From: Candidatus Nomurabacteria bacterium
Lineage (GTDB): Bacteria; Patescibacteriota; Minisyncoccia; Phycocordibacterales; UBA2100
Reading direction: 5' to 3'
Assembly (NCBI GenBank): GCA_943356775.1
Contig: CALRFU010000003.1
Coordinates: 22,308 to 86,307 of the forward strand
Length of the DNA: 64,000 nt
Part shown: one piece after another, positions 27,934 to 39,094 of the stretch
Numbering within the stretch: position 1 is the stretch's first letter
Layout: each line of letters opens with the position of its first letter
The notes under the pieces: model-generated
The model's input: only the letters and a program-made list of their open reading frames with translations
Told to the model about the DNA's origin: nothing
The model's database searches: none
Program-made: the position numbers and the translations under genes

Positions 27934-29301
27934 TCATGCGCCTCGCGCAGTCACTAATATCCGCACTGTCTGCAGCATAATAAACAAATCGAGCAAAAGC
28001 GAGCGATGCGCAAGATAGTACAAATCGTAGGATAGTTTAATTTTGGTCTCGACCATGTCGGCGCCGTGGTGCGGGTCCCTATCGTGCCGTACCTGCGCCC
28101 AGCCGGTCAAGCCCGGCGCGATGAGGTAGCGCGCATTGTAATACGGAATGCGAGCGCTGTATTGCGCCGCGAGCGCCGGCAATTCAGGTCGCGGGCCGAC
28201 GAGCGAAAGGTCGCCCCGCAGCACATTCCACAACTGCGGGAACTCATCAAGGCGCAAAAGTCGCAACCAATAACCAACACGCGTCACGGTCAGCTTGGAT
28301 TTGCCACCTCTACCGTAATTACCCTCGTCATTGCCGCTCATGCTGCGGAATTTGAATATACGGATGGGCTTTTGGTATCGCCCGACACGCTGCTGCACGA
28401 TGAAAATATCACCGCCATCGTCGAGCTTGATAGCGAGCATGATGAACGGATAGAAAAGAAGGGATACCGAAGCCCCCACAGCCGCACAAATAATGTCGAT
28501 TACCCGCTTCAGGATATCGTACATTCGCGAGGTGCTTACATTGGCGAGGACCCATTCATAATTGATAAGCGAAAGCGGCTCGCGCTCGAACACTTCTTGA
28601 TACAGCGCCGTCGCATCAAGGAGTGCAAAACGATGTTTATGGAACGCGGCATCGTAGATGATGGGGAGCGCGGCAGAAATCGCCTTATCGGACAGGTCAA
28701 CGACCAAGAACGTCACGTCGTCCTCCTCGGCGACGCGGCACGCCTGCTGTATTACTTCATGCGAAGCCGCGTGCGCGGTATCAATTACATACTCAAAAGC
28801 AAAAGGGTAACGCGCGTCCGATGCGACCTCAAGTGCGAGCGCATGCGCATCCGGACCTGACGCAATAAGAACACCTTTGAGCCGGCGGCGGCTGCGTACG
28901 TGCGGATAGAGACCTATGCGCCAGAAAAAGATGAGGGCGAACGAGACCACGAGGTAGAGAACGAGGATGGTTTTTGGAGCAAGACCGAACGCGGGAATAG
29001 AAAAGAAAAAAAGAGCCGCGAGACCGATGTTAATCATTTGCGTATAGAGAATGGTTGCCGCAAGCCGGCTGCGGAAAAGCCGCGTGTGCCGGCCATAGAG
29101 ACCCGCGAGGAAGAAAATCACTACCCACGCCGCAAAGAGAATAGAGAACGGCACCAAGTGCAGCCGGAAGAGGTCGAAGCTGGGAAAATCGAGGTAGCGC
29201 AGACCAAGAGTCGCCCACAAGGAAATAGCGAATATAAGGACATCGCCGATGAGGAGAACGACGTATTCCCGCTTGGGGACTAACGACATATCAGGTATCA
29301 T
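27934..29301 (-). CDS. Polyprenyl-phosphate sugar phosphotransferase (bacterial sugar transferase, WbaP/EpsL-like)
   Basis: N-terminal TM helices. C-terminal KRVIDIICAAVGA...QQRVGRYQKPIRIFKFRSM...DEFPQLWNVLRGDLSLVGPRPE domain. Confidence 0.75.
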   Translation of the reverse strand: MIPDMSLVPKREYVVLLIGDVLIFAISLWATLGLRYLDFPSFDLFRLHLVPFSILFAAWVVIFFLAGLYGRHTRLFRSRLAATILYTQMINIGLAALFFFSIPAFGLAPKTILVLYLVVSFALIFFWRIGLYPHVRSRRRLKGVLIASGPDAHALALEVASDARYPFAFEYVIDTAHAASHEVIQQACRVAEEDDVTFLVVDLSDKAISAALPIIYDAAFHKHRFALLDATALYQEVFEREPLSLINYEWVLANVSTSRMYDILKRVIDIICAAVGASVSLLFYPFIMLAIKLDDGGDIFIVQQRVGRYQKPIRIFKFRSMSGNDEGNYGRGGKSKLTVTRVGYWLRLLRLDEFPQLWNVLRGDLSLVGPRPELPALAAQYSARIPYYNARYLIAPGLTGWAQVRHDRDPHHGADMVETKIKLSYDLYYLAHRSLLLDLFIMLQTVRILVTARGA

Positions 29302-29311
29302 TACATAAAAT

Positions 29312-30403
29312 ATGGCTCAAAACAACCTCTCCTCACAAAAGAAAATACTCTTCATTATCACCAAAGCTACCTGGGGTGGAGCACAAAGATACGTGTACGA
29401 CCTCGCGACCCACCTTCCCCACGAGAAATTTGACCCGGTCGTCGCATTCGGCGAATCAGGGCAACTTGCAAAATCGCTCTCCGAAGCAAAAGTGGCAACG
29501 CATGAGCTCCCCTCTCTCGGGCGTGACATAGCGCTCATTTCAGACATCGTGTGTTTCTTCCAAATACTCGTCTGTCTGTGGCGAATCAAGCCCGATATCG
29601 TTCACCTCAACAGCTCAAAAGCTGCAGCGCTCGGCGCGCTCGCTGGACGCATTATGTTTGTGCCGCGAATTATATTCACCGTACACGGGTGGCCGTTCAA
29701 CGAAAAAAGAAACGAATTCGCGCGCGTGATGATGTACCTTATCAGCTGGTTCACCGCATTTCTCAGTCATGCGGTTATCGTCGTCTCGAAATCCGACGAG
29801 ATGCAAGGCAAAAAGATGCGATGGGTCGGCGACAAAATCCGCTATATTCGCATCGGTATTGCGCCTCCAAAATTCTTGTCACAAGAAGAGGCGACGGCTT
29901 CCCTTTCCCTCTCAACGGCTGCACTGCATATCGGAACGATTGCGGAACTCACCCCGAACAAGGGGCTTGGATACGCAATCGAAGCGATCTCCATCCTAAA
30001 AGAACAGGGTGTTGACGTCTCATACAGCATGATTGGCGACGGGGAGCAGCGGTGTGAGCTGGAAGAAATCGTAAAGAAATTCAATGTCGAAGACAATGTA
30101 AAGTTCCACGGCTTCAAAACAGACGCCGCACAATACCTCAGAGCTTTTAATGTCTTCCTCTTGCCATCGATCAAAGAAGGGATGCCCTACGTGCTCCTCG
30201 AAGCCGCGTTTGCTGACCTACCAATTGTCACGACGAATGTTGTTGATCCGGAATTTATCCGCCGTTACGCGATACGTCCGATTGAACCTGCAGACCCTAC
30301 CGCATTGGCAACTGCGATTCAGCAAGCAATTGGAATACGGCCACATTACAACGAATATCCAACTCTCGAGAAGATGGTCGCCGACACCATCACTCTATAT
30401 TAG
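29312..30403 (+). CDS. Glycosyltransferase family 4 (GT-B)
   Basis: EGMPYVLLEAAFADLPIVTT motif, the conserved EX7E-type region of GT4. Confidence 0.7.
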   Translation: MAQNNLSSQKKILFIITKATWGGAQRYVYDLATHLPHEKFDPVVAFGESGQLAKSLSEAKVATHELPSLGRDIALISDIVCFFQILVCLWRIKPDIVHLNSSKAAALGALAGRIMFVPRIIFTVHGWPFNEKRNEFARVMMYLISWFTAFLSHAVIVVSKSDEMQGKKMRWVGDKIRYIRIGIAPPKFLSQEEATASLSLSTAALHIGTIAELTPNKGLGYAIEAISILKEQGVDVSYSMIGDGEQRCELEEIVKKFNVEDNVKFHGFKTDAAQYLRAFNVFLLPSIKEGMPYVLLEAAFADLPIVTTNVVDPEFIRRYAIRPIEPADPTALATAIQQAIGIRPHYNEYPTLEKMVADTITLY

Positions 30404-31554
30404 AGTGTCCCCACAATCTCCGTCTCATCGCGCGCCTGTACGGAGGGGCGGGCGTGCCGGCGCATGCCCATCAGGATCCCGAGCGCCAAGTATTCGGTTA
30501 CGAGGTGAGAGCCGCCGTAGCTCATAAACGGCAAGGTTGTGCCGGTAATAGGGAGCCACCCCATATTCATACCCACGTGCACGATGAATTGCGAAGTGAA
30601 ATATATTGCGATACCGGCTCCGAAGAGTACGTCGAAGTTATCGGAACCATGCCTCGCTATTACGAGTATGCGGATAACAAGAATGCCGAAGAGGCCGAAA
30701 AGAAGCACTACGCCGACGAACCCCCACTCTTCAGCATACGCGGCAAAAATAAAATCGGTCTGATATTCGGGGAGGAACCGTAATTTTGATTGCGTGCCGT
30801 ACCCGATTCCCTTCCCCAACCACTCACCGGAGCCGACCGCAATGGTCGATTGGTATGCGTTGTATCCGGTGCCGCGGATATCGGCAAGCGGATGCAGGAA
30901 TGTCATGACGCGTTGTTTTTGGTACGGCTGCAGACCATAACTCCAGAGGCCCGTGAGCACGATGAGTGCGGCTATCGAGAGCGCAACAAGGTGCTTCCAC
31001 GAAATGCCGGCAACGAACACCATTCCAAGCCAGATGCTTCCGATGATAATAGACGACCCGAAATCAGGCTGGAAAAAGACAAGGATAAACAGTGCGGCCA
31101 TATATGCGCCGGAAACTGCGATGTGCCGGAACGCCGCTATTTCCACGTGCCGTCGCGCAAAATACTTTGAAAGCATCATCACGAGAAGGAGCTTGGCCGG
31201 GTCGGACGGCTGCACCGAGAGGAAACCGAGATTGAATCTGTTCTGAGCACCTTTGACAATGGAGCCAAATAAATAAATGAGTGCGAGGGAAAATACCACG
31301 ACGGCGAAGAGCCCGGCTATCACCGGCGTGCGGCGCAAAAATCCGTACTCGGGAATGCTTCCCACAAAGAAAAAAACGATTGCGATACATATCCAGATGA
31401 GTTGTTTGTCGAAGAAAAAATTCTCGGCGGAGAACGAACGCATCGTGAGCAACCCCAAGAGCGAAATGGCGAGCGCACTCGCGAAGACAAACCAATCAAT
31501 ATGAGAGAACAAACGGACGTGATTTTCAGCCGCCCGCCTCAGCTGGGAAATCAT
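30400..31554 (-). CDS. SEDS-family peptidoglycan glycosyltransferase (RodA/FtsW)
   Basis: KGAQNRFNLGFLSVQPSDPAKL, LPEYQTDFIFA and GWLPITGTTLPFMSYGGS motifs. Confidence 0.75.
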   Translation of the reverse strand: MISQLRRAAENHVRLFSHIDWFVFASALAISLLGLLTMRSFSAENFFFDKQLIWICIAIVFFFVGSIPEYGFLRRTPVIAGLFAVVVFSLALIYLFGSIVKGAQNRFNLGFLSVQPSDPAKLLLVMMLSKYFARRHVEIAAFRHIAVSGAYMAALFILVFFQPDFGSSIIIGSIWLGMVFVAGISWKHLVALSIAALIVLTGLWSYGLQPYQKQRVMTFLHPLADIRGTGYNAYQSTIAVGSGEWLGKGIGYGTQSKLRFLPEYQTDFIFAAYAEEWGFVGVVLLFGLFGILVIRILVIARHGSDNFDVLFGAGIAIYFTSQFIVHVGMNMGWLPITGTTLPFMSYGGSHLVTEYLALGILMGMRRHARPSVQARDETEIVGTL

Positions 31555-31557
31555 AGG

Positions 31558-32376
31558 TCAATACTGCTCCGCAGTAAGAAGCGAGGGCGCTATGAGAGGA
31601 ATAATATCGATTTTGTTTGGCTGTATGGTAAACGGATCCGGCCATGTGAATACAATCGGAGTGGTCTCACCCGCACCAAGCCTTTGGAGTGAAGTGGCCG
31701 AAGCGGCAAATGCATTACCCATAGGATCAAACATGACTGCAACAAAGGAGATGTTTGTCTGCGGGGCGACAGAGTTGTTCTTCGCAAGGGCGGTGAGACG
31801 GGGAGATTCCAGAATGTCTGAAGGGTCCTTGTTATTGATGGAGATGGCGAGCGCATTATCTTTCATCCTCTCCCAAGTAAACGGCACGGTAAATTCAAAG
31901 TAAGTGTGTGCGACGATGCGGTTACCGGCATTAATTCCCGCCTCAAAGACTGGAGTCGTCGCTCCCGGCAGGATATACATAGTGCCCTCCCGTTCGGCGA
32001 CAAGGATATTTTGAGCATCGTAAAAGCCGAAACGATACCGCGCTTGGCGGACACCCGCATCCTTGTTGGGATTTTGAATATATGCAACGGCATTGTACGA
32101 ACCGTCGCGCACCCGGAAACTCCTGGCCCAGAGCAACGCGTGCGGCTGAAGAGAGCGCTCATCCAATATGAAACATTGACCGCCTTTATCTGTCGCAGTC
32201 TCATCTTGATTTTGAATTCCGTCGGTACATGTCGAGGGAACACTGAAATACATGTATGCGACTGGACCACCTATTACGACGGCAAAAAATATAGTGACGC
32301 CGAAGAGGTATATCGTACGTCGTCGTGATGCCCAAGACATAGTGGAATTGTACCCCACAACAAAAAGAACGCCCAT
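31558..32376 (-). CDS. Hypothetical membrane-anchored protein
   Basis: N-terminal TM helix followed by a soluble domain of unknown family. Abuts the 5S rRNA. Confidence 0.4.
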   Translation of the reverse strand: MGVLFVVGYNSTMSWASRRRTIYLFGVTIFFAVVIGGPVAYMYFSVPSTCTDGIQNQDETATDKGGQCFILDERSLQPHALLWARSFRVRDGSYNAVAYIQNPNKDAGVRQARYRFGFYDAQNILVAEREGTMYILPGATTPVFEAGINAGNRIVAHTYFEFTVPFTWERMKDNALAISINNKDPSDILESPRLTALAKNNSVAPQTNISFVAVMFDPMGNAFAASATSLQRLGAGETTPIVFTWPDPFTIQPNKIDIIPLIAPSLLTAEQY

Positions 32377-32407
32377 CCTAGACGTTCTTTTGTGTTTTGA
32401 GCACTCT

Positions 32408-32517
32408 GTGTTGGCGCCGGCCTACTCTCCCTTGCGAGTACCATCGGCTCTGGAGGGCTTAACTGCCGTGTTCGGAATGAGAACGGGTGTAGCCCCTCCG
32501 ACAAAGCACCAACACGG
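32408..32517 (-). rRNA. rrf: 5S ribosomal RNA
   Basis: rc reads GTGTTGGTGCTTTGTCGGAGGGGCTACACCCGTTCTCATTCCGAACACGGCAGTTAAGCCCTCCAGAGCCGATGGTACTCGCAAGGGAGAGTAGGCCGGCGCCAACAC, with helix I closing and loop C/E motifs. Confidence 0.8.
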
Positions 32518-33674
32518 AATGCTCAAACGATATCCGTGTTCGCGGCTAACTAGAAATATGAGGTGTAGCTCACATCCAGAAAGCACCAACACGGAATGCT
32601 CAAATTGAGATTCCGTTCATTGAAACGAAGAGCGATAAGAAAGATTCGAAAACAATGTACCCTACTACGCTCCTCTCGGAGCTTCGAAGGGCAATGCGCG
32701 ACTCTCACAATTCCTTTCGAGAGTTCTGTCGGCGGATTAGTACACCTCGGCTACACGCATTGCTGCGCTTCCACCTGGTGCCTATCAACGTGGTCATCTC
32801 CCACGAGCCTCAAACGATTTCTGATCTTGGAGTTGGTTTCCCGCTTAGATGCTTTCAGCGGTTATCCTTTCCCGACATAGCTACGGGGCGATGCCACTGG
32901 TGTGACAGCCCCCAGACCAGAGGTCAGTTCATTTCGGTCCTCTCGTACTAGAAACGAATCTCCTCAAAAATCAACGCCTGCAGCAGATTAAGACCAACCT
33001 GTCTCACGACGGTCTGAACCCAGCTCACGTACCTTTTTAAATGGCGAACAGCCATACCTTTGGGACCTTCTCCAGCCCCGGGATAAGATGAGCCGACATC
33101 GAGGTGCCGAACTTCGCCGTCGATTTGGACTCTTAGGCGAAACCAGCCTGTTATCCCCAGAGTAACTTTTATCCGTTAATCTTCGGCCGCATCTAATGCG
33201 GACCGTCGGTTCACTATGCTCCGCTTTCGCGCCTGCTTGTCATGTACGACTCACAGTCAAGCCGCCTTTTGCCATTACACTATCGGCACGGTTTCCATTC
33301 GCGCCTAGGCGACCATAATAGGCTCCTCCGTTACTTTTTAGGAGGACAGCGCCCCACCGAAACTGTCCATCAGGTACTGTCTCTCTTGGGTTTCTCCCAA
33401 GAGGTTAGAACATACAGAAACGTAGGATGGTATTGCACTGGCGACTCCACCACAACCGAGATCATGGCTTCAAAGTCTCCCATCTATGCTACGCAACGCA
33501 CCCGTATATTCAATACCAAATTACAGTAAAGCTTCTGGGGTCTTTTCGTCTTGCTGCAGGAAGGCGGCATCTTCACCGCCCTTGTATTTTCACCAAGCAA
33601 ATCCCCGAGACAGTTCCCAACTCATTATACCATTCGTGCGCGTCTGAACTTACCAGACAAGGAATTTCGCTAGT

Positions 33675-34446
33675 TGTCAATCCACACATCGCTGTGCGGA
33701 ACGAACTCTATCTTCAAACAAGCACCGCTTGTTTGTCTGACGTGTGGTTTCTGGGGATTCTCTTAAAGTCGTCAACGACGTCTTGTTTTTCGTATTTCCG
33801 CTTCCTTCCCTTTCCTTCGTTAAGTTTTTCTCGCAATTCAATGATTCTCATAAACCCCTTGCGAGCAAGATGCTCTCCGGAGTATACGATCATCGCAATT
33901 TGTTTGAACAGCGCGAAGTTTCTGGTTTTGGATTCGGATTGAAAAGGAAACCGCTCAAAGAACGGGAATACCTTTTCTACGAGTTCGACGTAATTTGTCA
34001 CCACAAAGTAATGGACTCCATCACTTCGTCTTTGTAACCTACCGCACTGCAAATGTTTTTGCAAAAGCAGAAGATTGGTGACATCTCGTTGGGCTACATT
34101 GAAGGTGAGAACTACCTGCCATTGGAGTTTGTGATCCGGTCTTTGGCGGAGAGAAACACTGAAGCTTCCCTCGCCATCACTGAATCCTGACAAATACCAA
34201 CCCAAACTTTGGGAATTGATTGGCGGTGTGTTCATACGTCCAATTATAGCACCTGATTTCAAGAGTCTTTCCTGCTGATTGTCCGCACTTCAAGATTGTT
34301 ACTGTCTTGCGACTAGTACTTGAAGATACTCGGATTTCCCAGCATATGGTCAGATGTTTAAAGACATTTTGCTTTCGCAAAATAGGCAGCGTTCATGAGG
34401 ATAACCGTCCCAGTCCTTCCGCCACCCTCGTATTGAGAGGGGCGAA
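33675..34446 (-). mobile_element. Group I intron B in 23S domain IV (about E. coli position 1931, between CCTAAGGT and AGCGAAATTCC), carrying a LAGLIDADG ORF
   Basis: Exon segments CGTCCTAAGGT (34447-34457) and TAGCGAAATTCC (33661-33672) flank the insert. Degenerate R/S-like elements sit near 33730-33790. Shares the 90-bp 5' element with intron A. Boundaries are good to about 5 nt. Confidence 0.65.
33714..34262 (-). CDS. LAGLIDADG homing endonuclease encoded in 23S intron B
   Basis: LGWYLSGFSDGEGSFSVSLRQRPD LAGLIDADG motif, 182 aa. Confidence 0.7.
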   Translation of the reverse strand: MKSGAIIGRMNTPPINSQSLGWYLSGFSDGEGSFSVSLRQRPDHKLQWQVVLTFNVAQRDVTNLLLLQKHLQCGRLQRRSDGVHYFVVTNYVELVEKVFPFFERFPFQSESKTRNFALFKQIAMIVYSGEHLARKGFMRIIELREKLNEGKGRKRKYEKQDVVDDFKRIPRNHTSDKQAVLV

Positions 34447-34460
34447 ACCTTAGGACGATT

Positions 34461-34913
34461 CTCCTTTGTTAATCTGCTCGCGAATTAACAGTAGCTACGA
34501 GCAACTCTCTATGTCGCCATAGAGGCCGGACTATATCATCTCTGCTTTTGCAGAGTCCGACGTATAGTCTCTGAGGATTCTTGTGAACTTCAGTGAAAAA
34601 ACTATGCCTGTTTGTCCGGGTACATTAAATGAGTAACCACTGCTGCGATTGCAAGCGCAGCAAACGATACCCACGAACCCCTCAAACCTAAGAAATAGGA
34701 AACAAGAAGTAATCCTGCGCCAACCGCTCCAAAAATGAGCGATTTCTTCCAGGTTATTTTCATGTTTCTACTCTAGCACACTTTTCTCAATGAAGTTCAC
34801 AAGTCTTTCCTGCTGATTGTCCGCACTTCAAGATTTTCACTGCCTTGCGGCTAGTACTTGAAGATACTCGGAGTTTCCAGCATTTGGTCGGATTTTATAA
34901 CTACAATCATCTT
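34461..34913 (-). mobile_element. Group I intron A in 23S (about E. coli position 1915-1917, after AACTAT), no intact endonuclease ORF
   Basis: Exon GCGATAACTAT ends at 34914. Exon resumes as AATCGTCCTAAGGT at 34460-34447. R element TCAGAGACTATACG and S element AGATGATATAGTCC are present (rc of 34506-34582). Only a 53-aa hydrophobic ORF lies inside. Confidence 0.6.
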
Positions 34914-36338
34914 ATAGTTATCGCCGACATTGACCGGGGCTTATGTAGCGCCAGCCTTCATTCTTGCGAACGAAGACCGACCACATTTGACCTTCCGGCA
35001 TTGGTCAGGCATCACCCCCTATACATCCTCTTACGAGTTCGCAGGGAGCTGTGTTTTTGGTAAACAGTTGGTTGGGAAATTTTAACTGCGGCCCTTCTTG
35101 CGAAGGGCGGACCTTATCCCGAAGTTACGGTCGCTTTTTTGCCGAGTTCCTTGGGGATCTCTCACTTGTTCGCCTTACTCTACTCGAGCTGAACACCTGT
35201 GTCGGTTTGCGGTACGGTCCGCGCATGTTTATGCTTAGAGGTTTTTCTTGGAAGCGCGCTCTCTTGAATCTGCTTCGGCCGAGGCCTCCACATTTCCACT
35301 TCGCTCGGACTATAGGAACCGGATTTACCTGGCTCCCATCCTCACGACATGAACCCAAAACCAATAATGGGCCCAAGATACAGCACTCCGTCCCCCCGTC
35401 GCAACATGCGCAGGTCATGGAATATTAACCATGTGTCCATCGCCTTCGGCATTCGCCATCGGCTTAGGCCCGACTAACCCTTCGATGATCTCCATTGCGA
35501 AGGAAACCTTGTTCTTTCGGCGTGCGAGAATCTCACTCGCATTGCGGTTACTCGTGCCAACATTTTCACTTCTGTACGCTCCAGCATGGGTCACCCCTTT
35601 GCCTTCATTGCAAACAGAACGCTCTCCTACCACTTCACTTTCCCGAAGGAAAGAAAAATCCGCATCTTCGGTATCACGCTTAGCCCCGATCATTTGTGGC
35701 GCAAGATCTCTAAGTGAGTGAGCTGTTACGCTTTCTTTGAATGGTGGCTGCTTCTAAGCCAACATCCTCACTGTCTCTGAAATCTTACCTCCTTATTTGC
35801 ACTTAGCGTAAATTTTGGGACCTTAGATGGCGATCTGGGCTGTTTCCCTTTTGACCAACGGAGCTTCGCCCCCGTAGTCTAACTGCCGCGCTATTACCTC
35901 TGGTATTCGGAGTTTGATAGAGGCAGTGGTCTTTCGACCTATCCGCTTCTTCCAGTGCTCTACCCCCAGAGGGAACACACGACGCAAGCCCGAAAGCTTT
36001 TTCGGAGAGAACCAGCTATTACAACGTTCGATAAGCTTTTCACTCCAACCCACAAGTCATCCCAGGATGTTGCACAATCCAAGGGTTCGGCCCTCCATCT
36101 CTATTTCTAGAAACTTCAGCCTGCTCATGGGTAGCTCACGTTGCTTCGGGTCTGATACAAACGACAAACGCGCTATTCACACTCGCTTTCGCTACGGCTC
36201 CATGCTTTGTCGCACTTAGCCAAGCCGTTTGCATCAACTCGTTGGCTCATTCTTCAATAGGCACGCTGTCGAGGACATTGCTGCCCTCTTCAACTCCTTG
36301 TAGACATGTGGTTTCAGTTCTATTTCACTCCCCTCACC

Positions 36339-36381
<43 letters not shown>

Positions 36382-37319
36382 ATCTGAAGAAGTATGTAGC
36401 ATTACCGGTTAGTCCCGGCGAATTCACCCGAGCTATTCATGTCTCGAGCTACTCAAGAACTACAGCCATAGAGATGCTTTGATTTCGAGTACGGGGCTAT
36501 TACCCTCTGGGGCTCTGCTTCCCAGCAGATTCCTCTATCTAAGCATTTTTTTACTCTACCTATTGCTAGCGCTGTAGCCTTATAACCCCCATCCCCAAAA
36601 TCGACTCGCAAAATCTACTTTTGGTAAACTTGTGCGCTTCGATTTTGTGGCTGAGTTTGTGCTTTTCCCGTTTCGCTCGCCGCTACTAAGGGAATACCTA
36701 TTGGTCTCTTTTCCTCTCGGTACTGAAATGTTTTACTTCCCGAGGTCTGCTCTCTCAAACGTTTAAGTTGAGAGTTATCAAGGATTACTTGATAGGGTTG
36801 CCCCATTCGGAAATCTCCGGGTATAACGATTGCTTGGCATCTTACCGGAGCTTATCGCAGCTAAGCCGCGTCCTTCATCGCCTTCTTCAGTCTAGGCATC
36901 CACCACACGCCCTTACTCAGAACTCCCGCTAGGAATTCTAAGAACCGCGTATTGCACGCATCCCCTACAAGAGGGACACGTGACTTTGTTTTCTTGCCGC
37001 TTTTTTAGAAAGGAACGGCATCCTTTTTTGCTTTGTGTTTTTACAGCTACGTCTCATTCAGCAGAATGACCTACTGGGTTAAGACGCAGCATCCTGCATC
37101 TCACTTCGGTAGACTACACCGAAATAAGATTTTATTCTTCTTGTCCACCGTAGCCTTTCGACCACAGCGGATTTCTTTCTTTCTCGCTCTTCAATTTTCA
37201 ACGATCTACGTACAAGTCACGAAAAAAGCCGCTTGAAAGCGGCCTGGTCGCAGAGCTTGGGAGCTCGGCTACCTGTGCCACTTCGTGAAGCTTTTAAGCG
37301 ATAACATATACGTCGAAAG

Positions 37320-37348
37320 AGTATATGCGAGCAGCCATGGCATGTCAA
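37320..37348 (-). promoter_or_regulatory. Candidate promoter of the 23S-5S rRNA unit (TTGACA-N17-TATACT on the minus strand)
   Basis: rc of 37320-37348 reads TTGACATGCCATGGCTGCTCGCATATACT. Hexamers identical to the 16S promoter candidate. Confidence 0.5.
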
Positions 37349-37433
37349 ATTTGAGGCTTCCCCTCCCTTCGGGGATAACCTGTGGGTTAGTACCCAAAAA
37401 CGCCCGCTTGTAGTCTGAGCCGTTTTTCAGTCT

Positions 37434-38135
37434 TTATTTCTTGGCTTTTTGGAGGATTTCGACCGCTTTTACCAGGTCCTTGGGAGAAGTTATTTGTATC
37501 CATTTGTCTGTAAAAACGGGCTCGAACCGGATTCCAAGTTTCTTTGCCCCCTGCACGACGGTCTGGGGAAGGCCAAATTCTAGGCTATCGGGCTGCTTGG
37601 GCACAAGCGGGCATGAAAAAATCCGTGTATCGAGAAGGTACATATTGGTACTCGCAAGTCCTTTTTCCCTGCTCTTATCGCCTTCGATAATATCGGCAAT
37701 GAGAACGTTTTCATCCAACTGAATACTCCCGGCGCGATGCAGCTCAGGAGTTTCTTGGACGAGGAGACGCCACACATCCCCGTCTGCGATACATGCGCTT
37801 ACATCTTCTTGCGTATAAATATCGTCACCCATCATGACCAAGAAACGGTCGTGCAGGACGGACTGTGCAGACCAGAGCGCGCCGGCGGTACCGTTCATTT
37901 CTTTTTGTTCAACATACACAATGCGCTTGTCATTATATCGACTGCCGAAATGGCCTTTGATCACATGCGCCAGATATCCGACAACGATGACGACCTCATC
38001 AATGTCACCCGGAAGTGCTTCGAATTTATATTCGAGTAGGGGTTTGCCCGCGACGTCGAGCATCGGCTTTGGTATTGCCTGCGTCAATTCCTCCATCCGT
38101 GTGCCGTGACCGGCCGCCAGAATGACTGCTTGCAT
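37434..38135 (-). CDS. Sugar-phosphate nucleotidyltransferase (glucose-1-phosphate thymidylyl/uridylyltransferase-like)
   Basis: MQAVILAAGHGTRM...PKPML N-terminal NTP_transferase signature. Confidence 0.7.
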   Translation of the reverse strand: MQAVILAAGHGTRMEELTQAIPKPMLDVAGKPLLEYKFEALPGDIDEVVIVVGYLAHVIKGHFGSRYNDKRIVYVEQKEMNGTAGALWSAQSVLHDRFLVMMGDDIYTQEDVSACIADGDVWRLLVQETPELHRAGSIQLDENVLIADIIEGDKSREKGLASTNMYLLDTRIFSCPLVPKQPDSLEFGLPQTVVQGAKKLGIRFEPVFTDKWIQITSPKDLVKAVEILQKAKK

Positions 38136-38247
38136 ATATACGTATTGTAGCAAACGCGAAACCGCCCGCAGAGAGGTTGGGCGACGGAGATTTTGTGCGA
38201 AAGTCTCGACGTCGTCCGGCCTTTCTGCGGGCGGTTGTACTTACAAG

Positions 38248-38940
38248 CTAATCCCGATGATGCGCGATTTCAGAACGGATGCGTTCTATTGTGCGTGAAG
38301 CAGCCTCTTTACCTCCCAAGCCGAAAGCAAGACCGAAGGCGAGAGAGAGTGCGACCACAAATCCGGTGAAGAGCGTCTGGACGAGCGCGCTCGCAACCTG
38401 AAGCTGGTCGAGTGCCGCCATGATGGCGAAAATCCATATCGCCCACTTGGCGACAGCCCCAGCAAGATTTGCGGCGTGTGCTCCTGCGGCGCGTGCAGAA
38501 CCGCTCACCAACCCCCTCACAACCTCAGCGACAATCGCACCGAGAATGATGATGAGGACTGCCACAATGACCTGCGGCAAGTAGAGCAATACGACTTGCT
38601 GCAAGAAGATGGTGACGCTGTTAAGGCCGAGGATGTCCAGCGAAGCGACGAGGAACACCAAGACCATGAACCACATGACCAAAGTGCCGAGGAACCGCCC
38701 GATGTCGAGCGTGAAGCCCGCCTCTTTGGCAGCTTCGTTGAGGCCGGCGGCTTTAAGTGCATCGTCAATTCGAAGCACTTTGACCACCTCGACCACAATG
38801 CGGTAGAGAATGACCCCGACTATCCAACCGATTACGAAAACAATGACTGCCGCGAGAATCGCAGGTAAATACTGGGCGACGGTGTACCAGAGACCCGTAA
38901 ATGAGCTCTGTACCACATCCGCCGATTGGGTAACTATCAT
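38248..38940 (-). CDS. Integral membrane protein with conserved-TM-helix repeats (MscS-associated TM_helix-like)
   Basis: Repeated amphipathic/TM helices (VVEVVKVLRIDDALKAAGL..., IFLQQVVLLYLPQVIVAVLIIILGAIVAEVV...). Confidence 0.4.
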   Translation of the reverse strand: MIVTQSADVVQSSFTGLWYTVAQYLPAILAAVIVFVIGWIVGVILYRIVVEVVKVLRIDDALKAAGLNEAAKEAGFTLDIGRFLGTLVMWFMVLVFLVASLDILGLNSVTIFLQQVVLLYLPQVIVAVLIIILGAIVAEVVRGLVSGSARAAGAHAANLAGAVAKWAIWIFAIMAALDQLQVASALVQTLFTGFVVALSLAFGLAFGLGGKEAASRTIERIRSEIAHHRD

Positions 38941-39094
38941 AAATAATGAACGAATTATGGATAATGTTTATAAAGGATGTTCGACCCCTGTACAGCTGTA
39001 ATGATAGCACCCACGCCTTTTCGGGAAGGGTTCTCATGAAGACCGTGTGGATTACAGAAAAAGCCCGATTTTCGGGCTTTTTCTGTAATTTTAC

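Noticed and set aside
34630-34760. 53-aa hydrophobic ORF (MKITWKKSLIFGAVGAGLLLVSYFLGLRGSWVSFAALAIAAVVTHLMYPDKQA) inside 23S intron A.
   Set aside because: Short, no SD and no homolog recognised. It could be a remnant or chance ORF, so it is noted in the intron finding and not annotated as a gene.
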